64,000 bases of DNA from Acidobacteriota bacterium (GTDB lineage: Bacteria; Acidobacteriota; Thermoanaerobaculia; Gp7-AA8), in the NCBI GenBank assembly GCA_021781455.1, contig JAJXWV010000033.1, forward strand, positions 201,169-265,168, given 5' to 3'. Made by a program: the position numbers and the translations under genes. Of the stretch, positions 28,501 through 37,348 are shown one piece after another; position 1 is the stretch's first letter; every line of letters begins with the position of its first letter. A model generated the notes under the pieces. That model did no database searches and was not told where the DNA came from. It saw nothing but the letters and a program-made list of their open reading frames with translations.

Positions 28501-29181
28501 ATGTCTCGCAAAGAAATCCTGACCAAGGTGTGTACCGAGCAGATCGTCGGAGTCGTCCGCGAAGAGACCCTCGAGGCCGCAGCCGCGGTCGCCGAGGCCT
28601 ATGCCGCCAACGGCGTGAAGATCATCGAGATCACGATGACCACTCCCGACGCCATCGAGTTGATCGGCACACTCGCCAAGCGCCATGCCGAGCACAACAT
28701 CATCATCGCCGCCGGAACGGTTCGCAGCACGAACGACGCCGCGCGGGCCCGGCGCGCCGGAGCCCAGATGATCGTTTCGCCGCACACTGACCTCGCCGTC
28801 ATCGACTACGCCGCGGAAAACGACCTGCTCGTCGTGGCAGGAGCCGTGACCTCCACCGAGATCATTCACGCCTGGGATGCCGGCTGCGACATCGTCAAAA
28901 TCTTCCCCGCCCAGTTCTTCGGTGGTCCCGACTACATCCGCGCCGTTCGCGGCCCGATCCGCGACATCCCCATGCTCGCCGGCGGTCCCGTTCCGCTGGA
29001 CATGATCGACTCCTATCTCGATGCCGGCTGCGTGGCCGTCAACCTCGGCGCTTCACTTGCCGTCCCCGAGCTCGTGACGACGCGCCAATGGGAAGAGATC
29101 GGCCGGCGGGCCATGCTGGCCACCTCCATCATCCAGTCGCGCAAGAGCGTGGCTCGCCCCGACTCGCCGTACGTGCACTGA
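28501..29181 (+). CDS. eda: KDPG/KHG aldolase (Eda family)
   Basis: Eda-type TIM-barrel motifs (IIEITMTTPDA, catalytic-region KIFPA), 226 aa. Start at MSRKEIL. Confidence 0.8.
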   Translation: MSRKEILTKVCTEQIVGVVREETLEAAAAVAEAYAANGVKIIEITMTTPDAIELIGTLAKRHAEHNIIIAAGTVRSTNDAARARRAGAQMIVSPHTDLAVIDYAAENDLLVVAGAVTSTEIIHAWDAGCDIVKIFPAQFFGGPDYIRAVRGPIRDIPMLAGGPVPLDMIDSYLDAGCVAVNLGASLAVPELVTTRQWEEIGRRAMLATSIIQSRKSVARPDSPYVH

Positions 29182-29182
29182 G

Positions 29183-29268
29183 GCGTGCAGGGACGCGCTG
29201 CTGCGCGTCCGCAGCCCTCGTTTCGGGGCAGATGAACGGAGTTGCGGACGCGCTGCTGCGCGTCCCTC
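29183..29268. repeat. Family-C palindromic element copy
   Basis: cagggacgcgctgctgcgcgtccgc ... gcggacgcgctgctgcgcgtccct. Confidence 0.8.
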
Positions 29269-29278
29269 CTTGGCGCCC

Positions 29279-29770
29279 ATGGCACAATTGCCGGCGATGC
29301 TGACGTTGCTCGCGCTGTTCCTCGCCACGGCCTTTCCGTCCAATTCACAGACTTCATGGATGCGTCCCGAGTCGTTCCACCTGGTCATCGGCATGAGCCG
29401 TGACGAGACGGTGCAGACGCTGCAGAAAGCCGGATGGAAGCCGCAGAAGGGTGACGACGCCGCACACCTCATCGTCGACTACACGACCACCCGGTCGCTG
29501 ACGCTCGAGTTCCACAACAACCGGCTGCGTTCCGTTCGCTTCGAGCTCTTCACCGTTCTTCACGAGATCGGCGGCGCCTTCGAGGAAGAGAAGGCCTATC
29601 TCCGGAAGACCTTCGGCGAGCCGAAGCACGTGAAATCGAAATCGGTGCTGATCTACGAATCGACCCTGCCGAACGTGATGGCCGTGGTCAACGACGATCC
29701 GAAGTCGTCCAACGGCAGGAAAGGACTCGGCGTGCTGGTGGTCCGTTACTACGACCCCGTGGCGAAGTGA
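29279..29770 (+). CDS. Hypothetical exported protein
   Basis: Signal peptide (MAQLPAMLTLLALFLATAFPS), good GC3, no recognised domain. Confidence 0.5.
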   Translation: MAQLPAMLTLLALFLATAFPSNSQTSWMRPESFHLVIGMSRDETVQTLQKAGWKPQKGDDAAHLIVDYTTTRSLTLEFHNNRLRSVRFELFTVLHEIGGAFEEEKAYLRKTFGEPKHVKSKSVLIYESTLPNVMAVVNDDPKSSNGRKGLGVLVVRYYDPVAK

Positions 29771-29789
29771 CGCCGCGCCCGACCGCTAC

Positions 29790-29945
29790 GTCATCCTGAG
29801 GCCGCGCAACCGCGCCCCCCGTCACTTCAGAGTGACGGAGCTCGCCGTTCCACCCAACCGCACTTGCGGGGCGGGCTTTTGTGCCCGCCAGGGAGGGCAG
29901 GCTGGAAAGCCTGCCCCACACCGACCGGCTCAGAGTGACGGGCGG
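29790..29945. repeat. Family-A REP element copy
   Basis: gtcacttcagagtgacgg / ggcaggctggaaagcctgcc / ggctcagagtgacggg modules. Confidence 0.75.
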
Positions 29946-29951
29946 GTCACG

Positions 29952-31892
29952 TTACTGCGCACCGCCGCTGATCGTCGCGGTTGCGCCCGTCTCGACGGCA
30001 GGCTTCCTGGCGATGTACTTCGCCGTCGGCCCCTCGTACACGTACACGCCTTCGCCAAGGGTCCCGACGTAGGTGCGGTCGGGGACGAAAGGATCAGGCG
30101 CGATCGCAGTCACTTCGGTGCTGCGACCGGGGAGCGGGAGAGTCACCCAGTCCGGCTCGTGCGGGTTGGCGACGAGCAGGTCGCGCTGGCCGCGCGAGGT
30201 CAGGTAGAGCAGATGTTCCGAGCTTCGGGCCACGCCGAACACCGAGGCGTACTGGGCGTCGGGCGCTTCGACGGGAATCCACCGCCGCTCATGGTTGATC
30301 CTGCCGGCCTTCACGCCCTGAGCTCCGGCCACGAACAGCACCTGGCCTCCATCGCCGTCGCGGATGGCCAGAGTGCGCCCGCGGGCAGGAGCATCGGCGA
30401 TGGTCAGCCACTCCCGGCCGTCGAAGACGGTCAGTCCGCTGTCCGTCAGCGCGTAAAGAGCCGGGCCGCGACCTAACATCCCGACGGCCAGGTCCACCGT
30501 TCGGTCGTCTTCCCCCGCAAGCCGGTACCACGTCTTTCCCGAGTCACGGGAGGTGAAGACGCCCTCCGACGTCGCCGCGAAAGATCGCACGGCCGAAAAC
30601 CGCAGGATCTTGTCCACGCGCAGTGGAAGATTGAACGGAGCGCTCTGGGCCCAGGTCACGTCGTCGCTGCTCGTGAAGAATCCGCGTTCCGTGCCGGCCA
30701 CGAACTTCACGTCGCTGTGGGGGTCGGGCTCGATCGAAAGGGAGAGCACCTCGGGCAGCTTGGTCGAGTTCGTCTTCTCCCAGGTCCGGCCGCCGTCGTC
30801 CGAGCGGTAGATGCCGGACGCTGCTCCGCCATACGCGACCGCGGCATACGCCCGGCCCTTCACCACCGGGTCCGCGACGACCGTCGTGATCTTCAGGTCG
30901 TACAAACCCGTCGAGGAGCGCGTAAAGGTCTTCGCGTTGTCCTCGGAGACGTAAACGCCGTCGCCCTCGGTTCCGATGACGATCCGGTTCGGCCGCTGCG
31001 GTTGCAGCGCGATCTCGTTGATCACGAGGCCCGGATCCGACACCGCGTACCACGACTTGCCCCGATCGTCGGAGCGATACAGCCCGGCTACCGATCCCGC
31101 GTACAGCTCGTCGGGGTTGCAGGGATTCACTTCGATCGCGTGGATGCGCCGGTTGTCGAATCCGTCGCGATAGCGCGTCCACTTATCGCCGCCGTTGGTG
31201 CTGTTGTAAACCCAGCCGCACGTGGCCACCCAGACGCTGTCCGGCTCATTGGGCTCGATCAGAATCGAGAACATGTCCGTGTCGAGGACCATCCCGTTGT
31301 TGATCAGCTTCCACGTCTTGCCGCCGTCGAGCGTGCGCTGCCCCTGGCGCCATGTGCCGACGTAAATCCGGTTGTTCGTGCGAGGGTCGATGGCCACCGA
31401 CTCGACGTTGATCTGGTTCGAGATCTTCTGCCACGAATCGCCGCCGTCGCGACTGCGATAGACACCCGTCAACCCACCCGCAACCACGAAATTCGCGTCA
31501 TGCGGATCGACAGCCAGGGCACGCACAGAAAAATCCTCGAGCCCCGAGTCGCGGCGCGTCCACGTCTTCCCCTGATCGTCGGAGACTGCGATGACGCCAC
31601 CGCCCCACAAACCCCAGCACGCCGCCCACAGCCGGTGCGTCCGATCGACAGCGAGGCTGTCCACGACGTAACCGGGAAATGGAATACTGCCGAACGGATT
31701 GCGCCAGCTCTTCGCGCCGTCGGTCGAGACATAGAGCTCGCCGCTGCTCGTGCCGAGGTAGTAGGTGTCGGGTTCGACCGGGTCGATGATCAGCGCGCGG
31801 ACGTCGGCGCCATAGAGCGCGGCCCGCCGCCACTGTGCGAACACAGGAGCCGAGATGAGGAGAATCGCGAGAAGAATGAGGACTTTACGCAT
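29952..31892 (-). CDS. Exported BNR/Asp-box repeat beta-propeller protein (Sortilin/Ycf48/sialidase-like)
   Basis: Signal peptide and many S-x-D-x-G-x-T-W Asp-box repeats (SDDQGKTW, SRDGGDSW, TLDGGKTW, STNGGDKW, SDDRGKSW, SDDGGRTW, SRDSGKTW). Confidence 0.7.
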   Translation of the reverse strand: MRKVLILLAILLISAPVFAQWRRAALYGADVRALIIDPVEPDTYYLGTSSGELYVSTDGAKSWRNPFGSIPFPGYVVDSLAVDRTHRLWAACWGLWGGGVIAVSDDQGKTWTRRDSGLEDFSVRALAVDPHDANFVVAGGLTGVYRSRDGGDSWQKISNQINVESVAIDPRTNNRIYVGTWRQGQRTLDGGKTWKLINNGMVLDTDMFSILIEPNEPDSVWVATCGWVYNSTNGGDKWTRYRDGFDNRRIHAIEVNPCNPDELYAGSVAGLYRSDDRGKSWYAVSDPGLVINEIALQPQRPNRIVIGTEGDGVYVSEDNAKTFTRSSTGLYDLKITTVVADPVVKGRAYAAVAYGGAASGIYRSDDGGRTWEKTNSTKLPEVLSLSIEPDPHSDVKFVAGTERGFFTSSDDVTWAQSAPFNLPLRVDKILRFSAVRSFAATSEGVFTSRDSGKTWYRLAGEDDRTVDLAVGMLGRGPALYALTDSGLTVFDGREWLTIADAPARGRTLAIRDGDGGQVLFVAGAQGVKAGRINHERRWIPVEAPDAQYASVFGVARSSEHLLYLTSRGQRDLLVANPHEPDWVTLPLPGRSTEVTAIAPDPFVPDRTYVGTLGEGVYVYEGPTAKYIARKPAVETGATATISGGAQ

Positions 31893-31940
31893 GCCCGACC
31901 AATCACAGGAGAATGTACCACGCCAACTGAAGCAAACGGG

Positions 31941-32010
31941 CCGCCAGCGCTGAGTCCTGAGTGCTGAGTAGAACGCGACTCAGGACTCAGGACTCAGGAC
32001 TCAGGACTTC
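31941..32010. repeat. Inverted tandem array of CTGAGTC/CTGAGTG heptamers
   Basis: gctgagtcctgagtgctgagta ... gactcaggactcaggactcaggactcaggac. Confidence 0.75.
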
Positions 32011-32044
32011 CCGCTGCCCGCTCGCCTGCTATCCTACAAACGAG

Positions 32045-32962
32045 ATGAACGAACTCCGTACCTGCGTCTTTCCTTGTGCCGGCTTCGGCACACGCTTCTT
32101 TCCGGCGACGAAAGTGATCCCGAAGGAGATGCTTCCGCTCGTCGACAAACCGATCCTCCAGTACGGGATCGAAGAGGCGGTCGCTTCGGGGCTCGACAAG
32201 CTCGTCATCGTCACTTCGAAGGGAAAGGACTCGATTCTCGACCACTTCGACCGGACGGCCGAGCTCGAGCGGTCGCTGCAGGAGCGGAAGAAGACCGACC
32301 TGCTCGAGGAAGTCGAAGCGGTCAGCACGATGGTCGACCTCATCTCGGTGCGCCAGAAGGAAGCGCTGGGGCTCGGTCACGCAGTGCTGATGGCACGGGA
32401 TGCGGTGGGGCCGAACCCGTTCGCCGTGATCCTTCCGGATGACGTGATCCTCGCCGATGAGCCATGCCTTCTGCAGATGCGCCACGTCTTCGAGGAGACA
32501 GGACGTCCCGTCGTGGCGTTGATGGAGGTTCCGCCCGAGGAGACCTCGCGCTACGGAATCGTCGGCGGCGACCAACTCGGCAACCGCCGCTTCCGCATCC
32601 GCGACATGGTCGAGAAGCCGAAGATCAATCCCCCGTCACGCTACGCGATCATCGGCCGCTACATCCTTCCGCCGGAGATCTTTCCCGTGCTCGAAAAGAC
32701 CGAACGCGGTTCGGGCGGCGAGATCCAGCTCACCGATGCTCTGCGCGAGCTGGTGCGCACCGGCGACTTCTACGGTTATGTCTTCGACGGGAAGCGCTAC
32801 GACGCCGGCGAAAAGCTCGGCTATCTCAAGGCCACGGTCGACTACGCCCTCAAGCACCCGCAGATCGGGCCGGAATTCCGCGCCTATCTGAAAGCGGTTT
32901 TCGGCGGCAACGGGAAAGCGGATGAAGCCGCGCCGCGATCCACGCCGCGCGCACGAACGTGA
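32045..32962 (+). CDS. galU: UTP--glucose-1-phosphate uridylyltransferase
   Basis: N-terminus LRTCVFPCAGFGTRFFPATKVIPKEMLP, and motifs VEKP and GRYIL. Confidence 0.9.
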   Translation: MNELRTCVFPCAGFGTRFFPATKVIPKEMLPLVDKPILQYGIEEAVASGLDKLVIVTSKGKDSILDHFDRTAELERSLQERKKTDLLEEVEAVSTMVDLISVRQKEALGLGHAVLMARDAVGPNPFAVILPDDVILADEPCLLQMRHVFEETGRPVVALMEVPPEETSRYGIVGGDQLGNRRFRIRDMVEKPKINPPSRYAIIGRYILPPEIFPVLEKTERGSGGEIQLTDALRELVRTGDFYGYVFDGKRYDAGEKLGYLKATVDYALKHPQIGPEFRAYLKAVFGGNGKADEAAPRSTPRART

Positions 32963-33225
32963 GCGGCGAGAAGGAGCTGGAGATCCTCGATCTGCCCGGT
33001 GACATCCGGGCTCTGATCGCAGAATGCGAGGTGACCGGCACCCGCACGCGCTTTCTGCGGAACGGCCGTCCCGTCGCGGTGCTGGTCTCGCATGACGAAT
33101 ATCTGGCGTTGCGCGAGACGGTCGAGATCGTGAGAGACGGACAGCTCCTGATGAAAGTCACGGCGGCCGAGGAACAGGTCAAGCGGGGCGCGATGCTGTT
33201 GGTGGAGGACCTGTTCGAGACTTGA
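32959..33225 (+). CDS. Type II antitoxin, Phd/YefM family
   Basis: GTG start overlapping the galU stop. Core RPVAVLVSHDEYLALRETVEI. Confidence 0.65.
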   Translation: MSGEKELEILDLPGDIRALIAECEVTGTRTRFLRNGRPVAVLVSHDEYLALRETVEIVRDGQLLMKVTAAEEQVKRGAMLLVEDLFET

Positions 33226-33325
33226 TGGATGGTTGCGCGGTTCCGGGGTTGCGCGGATCCGCGGTTTCCTCGTCGTCAGAAAGTTCACACGCGCAACCTG
33301 GTCATCACCGCGCAACCGCGCCACC
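33226..33325. repeat. GGTTGCGCGG-type inverted repeat element inserted between the antitoxin and toxin genes
   Basis: ggttgcgcggttccggggttgcgcgg ... ccgcgcaacc ... ccgcgcaaccgcg. Confidence 0.7.
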
Positions 33326-33329
33326 TGTC

Positions 33330-33590
33330 ATGTGGAACGACCGTCTTCGAATCGCAGAGTCCGTGGAAGCGGAGTGGAAGGCCCTGGCTGCCGATGAGCG
33401 GGACGTGGTACGAAACGCGCTGCGCACCATCGACGATGATCCGATTGCCGGTGCGCCGCTGTTCGATCCGCTGGCCGGCCTGTGGAGCTATCGCGCCGGA
33501 GGTCTGCGGATTCTCTACCGCATCATGGCGGAGGCGCGCTTCGTGGTGATCCTTTCGATTTCGCGGGTCGAGGAAGGGAAGAAGAGTTGA
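33330..33590 (+). CDS. Type II toxin, RelE/ParE family
   Basis: 86 aa with the C-terminal pattern WSYRAGGLRILYRI...FVVILSISRV typical of RelE/ParE toxins. Confidence 0.65.
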   Translation: MWNDRLRIAESVEAEWKALAADERDVVRNALRTIDDDPIAGAPLFDPLAGLWSYRAGGLRILYRIMAEARFVVILSISRVEEGKKS

Positions 33591-34165
33591 AATTCATCCT
33601 GGCCTCAGCCTCGCCGCGACGGCGCGAGCTGCTCGAGGCGATCCGGCTGCCGTTCGACGTGCTCCCCAGCGCGATTCCCGAGGTCCGGGCCGAAGGCGAA
33701 TCGCCGGAGGAGTACGTGGCCCGCCTCTCGCGCGAGAAGGCTGCCGCCATCGGCCAGCAGCATCCGGCGCGCTGGGTCATCGCAGCGGACACGACCGTTC
33801 TGCTCGAGGACCAGCTTCTCGAGAAACCGCTCGACAAAGTGGATGCGGCGAGGATGCTCGGCGCGATCGCCGGCCGCACCCACGTCGTCTACACCGGCGT
33901 GACCCTGCTCAACGTGGAGCTCTCGTACCACGACACGCGTGTGGCCGAATCCGAAGTTCGCATGCTGCCGTTGAGCGACCGCGACATCGAGTGGTACGTC
34001 GCCACCAGCGAGCCGCTGGACAAGGCTGGGGCCTACGCCGTGCAGGGCATCGGGGCCATGTTCATCGAATCGATCCACGGCAGCTATACCAACGTGGTCG
34101 GCTTGCCGCTGGCGCTGCTTTTTCAGATGCTGCGCAAAGCGGGGCTCGATCCGCTGTCGCAGTAG
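33587..34165 (+). CDS. maf: Maf-like nucleoside triphosphate pyrophosphatase
   Basis: LKFILASASPRRRELL N-terminus (TTG start overlapping the toxin TGA) and the full Maf/Ham1 fold. Confidence 0.8.
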   Translation: MKFILASASPRRRELLEAIRLPFDVLPSAIPEVRAEGESPEEYVARLSREKAAAIGQQHPARWVIAADTTVLLEDQLLEKPLDKVDAARMLGAIAGRTHVVYTGVTLLNVELSYHDTRVAESEVRMLPLSDRDIEWYVATSEPLDKAGAYAVQGIGAMFIESIHGSYTNVVGLPLALLFQMLRKAGLDPLSQ

Positions 34166-34266
34166 AATCGAGACGGGTAGCGGGTAGCGGGTAGCGGGTA
34201 GCGGGTAGGAAACACGGCCTACCCGGTACACGCTACCCGCTACACGCTACCCGCTACCCGCTACCC
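34166..34266. repeat. Inverted tandem arrays of GGGTAGC heptamers (hairpin)
   Basis: gggtagc x4 ... ctacccggtacacgctacccgctacacgctacccgctacccgctacccgc. Confidence 0.8.
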
Positions 34267-34286
34267 GCTGTCTTCTTGGGGGGCAC

Positions 34287-35822
34287 ATGTCGTCTGCAGC
34301 AAAAGTGGGCGTGTTCATGCTGGTGATCCTGGCGATCCTCGCCTACCTGATCCTCAGGATCGAGGACATCCGCTTCGGCGGAGGACCACCGCGCAAGGTC
34401 ACCGTCGTGTTCGACAACGCCGCGGGCCTGGACAAGCAGTCCGCCGTCCGCGTTGCGGGCGTGCGCGTCGGCAAGGTCGAGAAGATCGCCATCCGCCCCT
34501 CGGACGGGAAAGCCGTGGCCACCCTCGACATCGAAGACCCCAACGTGCTGCTTCATCAGAACGCCAGCGCCAAGGTCGCGAACCTCGGCATGCTCGGCGA
34601 GAAATACGTCGAGCTCGATCCCGGAACGCCTGACACACCTCTGGTCACACGGCAAAGCATCGTCCTGCGCGGGACCCAGCCGGCCACCATCGACGACGTC
34701 ACCAACCAGATCTCGGCGATCGCCACCGACGTCAAAGCCATCACCGCATCGCTGCGCCACGTCATGGGCGGTCCGGCGGGACAGCAGCGGCTCGACGACA
34801 TCGTGGAGAACGTCCGCACGATCACCGCGGAGGTGCGCGACCTGGTCGCCGCCAACCGCACCAACGTCGACGCCACGCTCGCTAATGCGCGTGACATCAC
34901 CGCCCAGCTCAAGGTCGAGATCCCGCGGCTGGCCGCCTCGCTCGACAAGGTGGCCAACACCGTCGGCGGAACGGTCGGCGAAAATCGCACCGACGTCCGG
35001 CAGATCGTCGAGAACCTGCGAGGGCTCTCCGGTGAGCTCCGCACGACTGCCGACAACCTCAACTCCATCACCGGACAGGTCAAGAGCGGCGAGGGCACCG
35101 TCGGCAAGCTGATCTACAGCAACGACGTTCACGACAAGCTCACCGACGCGCTCACTTCGGTGGAGAGCGGCGTCAACGAGCTGCGCAACACCCTCGGGCG
35201 GGCCAACCGGATCCAGCTCGATCTCGGCATGAAGGACGACTACTACGGCAATTTCCACAGCAACACGCCGCTGGTCTCCGAGAGCAACAGCCACTCGCGC
35301 GCCGAAGTCATGGTGCGCGTCAACCCCAACCCGGAGCGAAACCGCTTCTACAACCTCACCCTCGCCGACGATCCGCGTGGCAAGCGCCAGGACCAGACCT
35401 ACGAACGGACGTTCACCGATCCGGCCACCGGCAAGTCGACCACGATCATCGACCAGCAGACGAAGTTCAGCCACGACTTCGTCCTCTCCGCGCAGGCCGG
35501 CTGGATGCTCGGCGACTTCGACCTGCGGCTCGGCATCATCGACAACACCGGAGGAGGCGGTCTCGATTACCGCTGGAACGACCGCCTGCGGTTCACCGGC
35601 GAAGCCTTCGACTTCGGCGGCCGCGTCGACCCCAAGCCGCATCTGCGGCTCTTCGGCGAGTACGTCCTGAGGAAGGAAAAACCCCGCACGCCGCAGATCT
35701 TCCTCTCCACCGGCTACGACAACCCGCTGAATCACAGCCGCTCGGTCACGTTCGGCGGCGGCATCCGCTGGCGCGACGACGACCTCAAATACCTGATCGG
35801 GAGCGTGCCGATCGGAAAGTAG
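34287..35822 (+). CDS. MCE/MlaD-family protein with N-terminal TM anchor and extended C-terminal region
   Basis: TM helix, then an MlaD domain (KVTVVFDNAAGLDKQSAVRVAGVRVGKVEKI), then helical repeats. Confidence 0.75.
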   Translation: MSSAAKVGVFMLVILAILAYLILRIEDIRFGGGPPRKVTVVFDNAAGLDKQSAVRVAGVRVGKVEKIAIRPSDGKAVATLDIEDPNVLLHQNASAKVANLGMLGEKYVELDPGTPDTPLVTRQSIVLRGTQPATIDDVTNQISAIATDVKAITASLRHVMGGPAGQQRLDDIVENVRTITAEVRDLVAANRTNVDATLANARDITAQLKVEIPRLAASLDKVANTVGGTVGENRTDVRQIVENLRGLSGELRTTADNLNSITGQVKSGEGTVGKLIYSNDVHDKLTDALTSVESGVNELRNTLGRANRIQLDLGMKDDYYGNFHSNTPLVSESNSHSRAEVMVRVNPNPERNRFYNLTLADDPRGKRQDQTYERTFTDPATGKSTTIIDQQTKFSHDFVLSAQAGWMLGDFDLRLGIIDNTGGGGLDYRWNDRLRFTGEAFDFGGRVDPKPHLRLFGEYVLRKEKPRTPQIFLSTGYDNPLNHSRSVTFGGGIRWRDDDLKYLIGSVPIGK

Positions 35823-35824
35823 AC

Positions 35825-35960
35825 GAGTGCTGAGTACTGAGTGCTGAGTACTGAGTGCTGAGTACTGAGTGCTGAGTACTGAGTGCTGAGTACTGAGTGG
35901 TCAGTACTGAAGCCTCGGTTTTTCCCACTCAGTACTCAGCACTCAGTACTCAGCACTTCG
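35825..35960. repeat. Inverted tandem arrays of CTGAGTA/CTGAGTG heptamers (about 9 units per arm)
   Basis: Direct reading. The longest example of this hairpin class in the window. Confidence 0.85.
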
Positions 35961-35977
35961 GAACAGGACTGTTGGAC

Positions 35978-37072
35978 ATGCCTAATGGAGTCATTCGTAC
36001 GATTTTGATCTTCGGCGGCCGCTCGGCCGAGCACGACGTGTCGATTCTGTCGGCGCGATCGGTCGCAGGGGCGGCGGCGAAGGACCGCATCGAGATCATC
36101 CCTCTCTGCATGGCCCGCGACGGCCGCTTCGTCGCTCCGGAACGCAGCGCGCGGATTCTGGCCGGAGAGGAAAAGAGCGGGCGTGGAGACGACGAATTCT
36201 CGTTCGAGATCTGGCTGCGGACGGCAAAGATCGACATCGTCTTTCCGCTGATCCACGGAACCGGTGGAGAAGACGGAGCGCTGCAGGGATATCTCGAAAC
36301 CCTTGGCGTCGCCTACGTCGGCAGCGGCGTCACGGCCTCTGCCGTGGGCATGGACAAGGTGCACATGAAGCAGGCCTTCGCCGCGGCGAAGCTGCCGATG
36401 GTCGACTACGTCGCGCTGCTGGAGAGCGAGTGGCGCAACGAGCGCGAGCGGGTCACGCGCGCAGTGGTGAACACGCTGCGCCTGCCGTATTTCGTGAAGC
36501 CCGCCAACAGCGGATCGTCCGTCGGCGTGACCAAGGTCAAGAGCGATTCCGACCTCACCGCTGCCATCGAGTTCGCGCTGCGTTTCGACGAGAAGGTGCT
36601 CGTGGAGCGCGGCATCGACGCGCGCGAGATCGAAGTGTCCGTCCTGGGCAATGAGCAGCCGCAGGCCAGCGTACCCGGCGAGATCATGGCCGGCCACGAG
36701 TTCTACGACTACGAGGACAAGTACATCGACGAGAAATCGCAGCTGGTCATCCCGGCTAAGCTTCCGAAGGACAAAAGCGACGAGTTCCGCAGGCTGGCCG
36801 TGACTGCCTTCAAGGCCATCGGCGCATCCGGTTACGTGCGCGCCGACTTCTTCCTCGAGCGGGGCACGAACCGCGTCTTCGTGAACGAGGTCAATACGAT
36901 TCCGGGCTTCACCAGGATCTCGATGTACCCGAAGCTGTGGGAGGCGACCGAGATCAAGTACGCACGGCTGATCGAGCGCCTGATCGAGCTCGGCCTCGAG
37001 CACTCCCGCCAGCGAGCCGCCCGCCGTCAGGACGCCATGGCCTGGCTGGAGAGCGCGAAACCACTGGGGTGA
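35978..37072 (+). CDS. ddl: D-alanine--D-alanine ligase
   Basis: ATP-grasp Ddl motifs (IFGGRSAEHDVS, HGTGGEDGALQG, FVKPANSGSSVG, VNEVNTIPGFT). Confidence 0.9.
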   Translation: MPNGVIRTILIFGGRSAEHDVSILSARSVAGAAAKDRIEIIPLCMARDGRFVAPERSARILAGEEKSGRGDDEFSFEIWLRTAKIDIVFPLIHGTGGEDGALQGYLETLGVAYVGSGVTASAVGMDKVHMKQAFAAAKLPMVDYVALLESEWRNERERVTRAVVNTLRLPYFVKPANSGSSVGVTKVKSDSDLTAAIEFALRFDEKVLVERGIDAREIEVSVLGNEQPQASVPGEIMAGHEFYDYEDKYIDEKSQLVIPAKLPKDKSDEFRRLAVTAFKAIGASGYVRADFFLERGTNRVFVNEVNTIPGFTRISMYPKLWEATEIKYARLIERLIELGLEHSRQRAARRQDAMAWLESAKPLG

Positions 37073-37335
37073 GACTCCCGTCACTCTGATTCTGAGCCGG
37101 CGAAGCCGCGGTTCCCGTCACTCTGACTCTGAGCCCGCGAAGCCGCGGGGAAGGGTGGGCGGATGGAGCGGCGTAGCGCGGCGAAGAGTCTCAAACCGAC
37201 GAATCGTCCCGGTAAGAGACTCTTCGCCGCGCTCCACCGCTCCCACCCATCCACCACCCCCGCGTTTCCCCCGGCTCAGAGTGACGGGGCCGCTGGGCCC
37301 GCCGGCTCAGAGTGACGGGAGGCCGCGGCTCCGGC
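37073..37335. repeat. Family-A composite REP element (two tandem gtcactctga-type units plus a gagtctcttaccgggacgattcg inverted pair)
   Basis: Direct sequence comparison with the other copies. Confidence 0.8.
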
Positions 37336-37348
37336 TTAGACTGCACCC

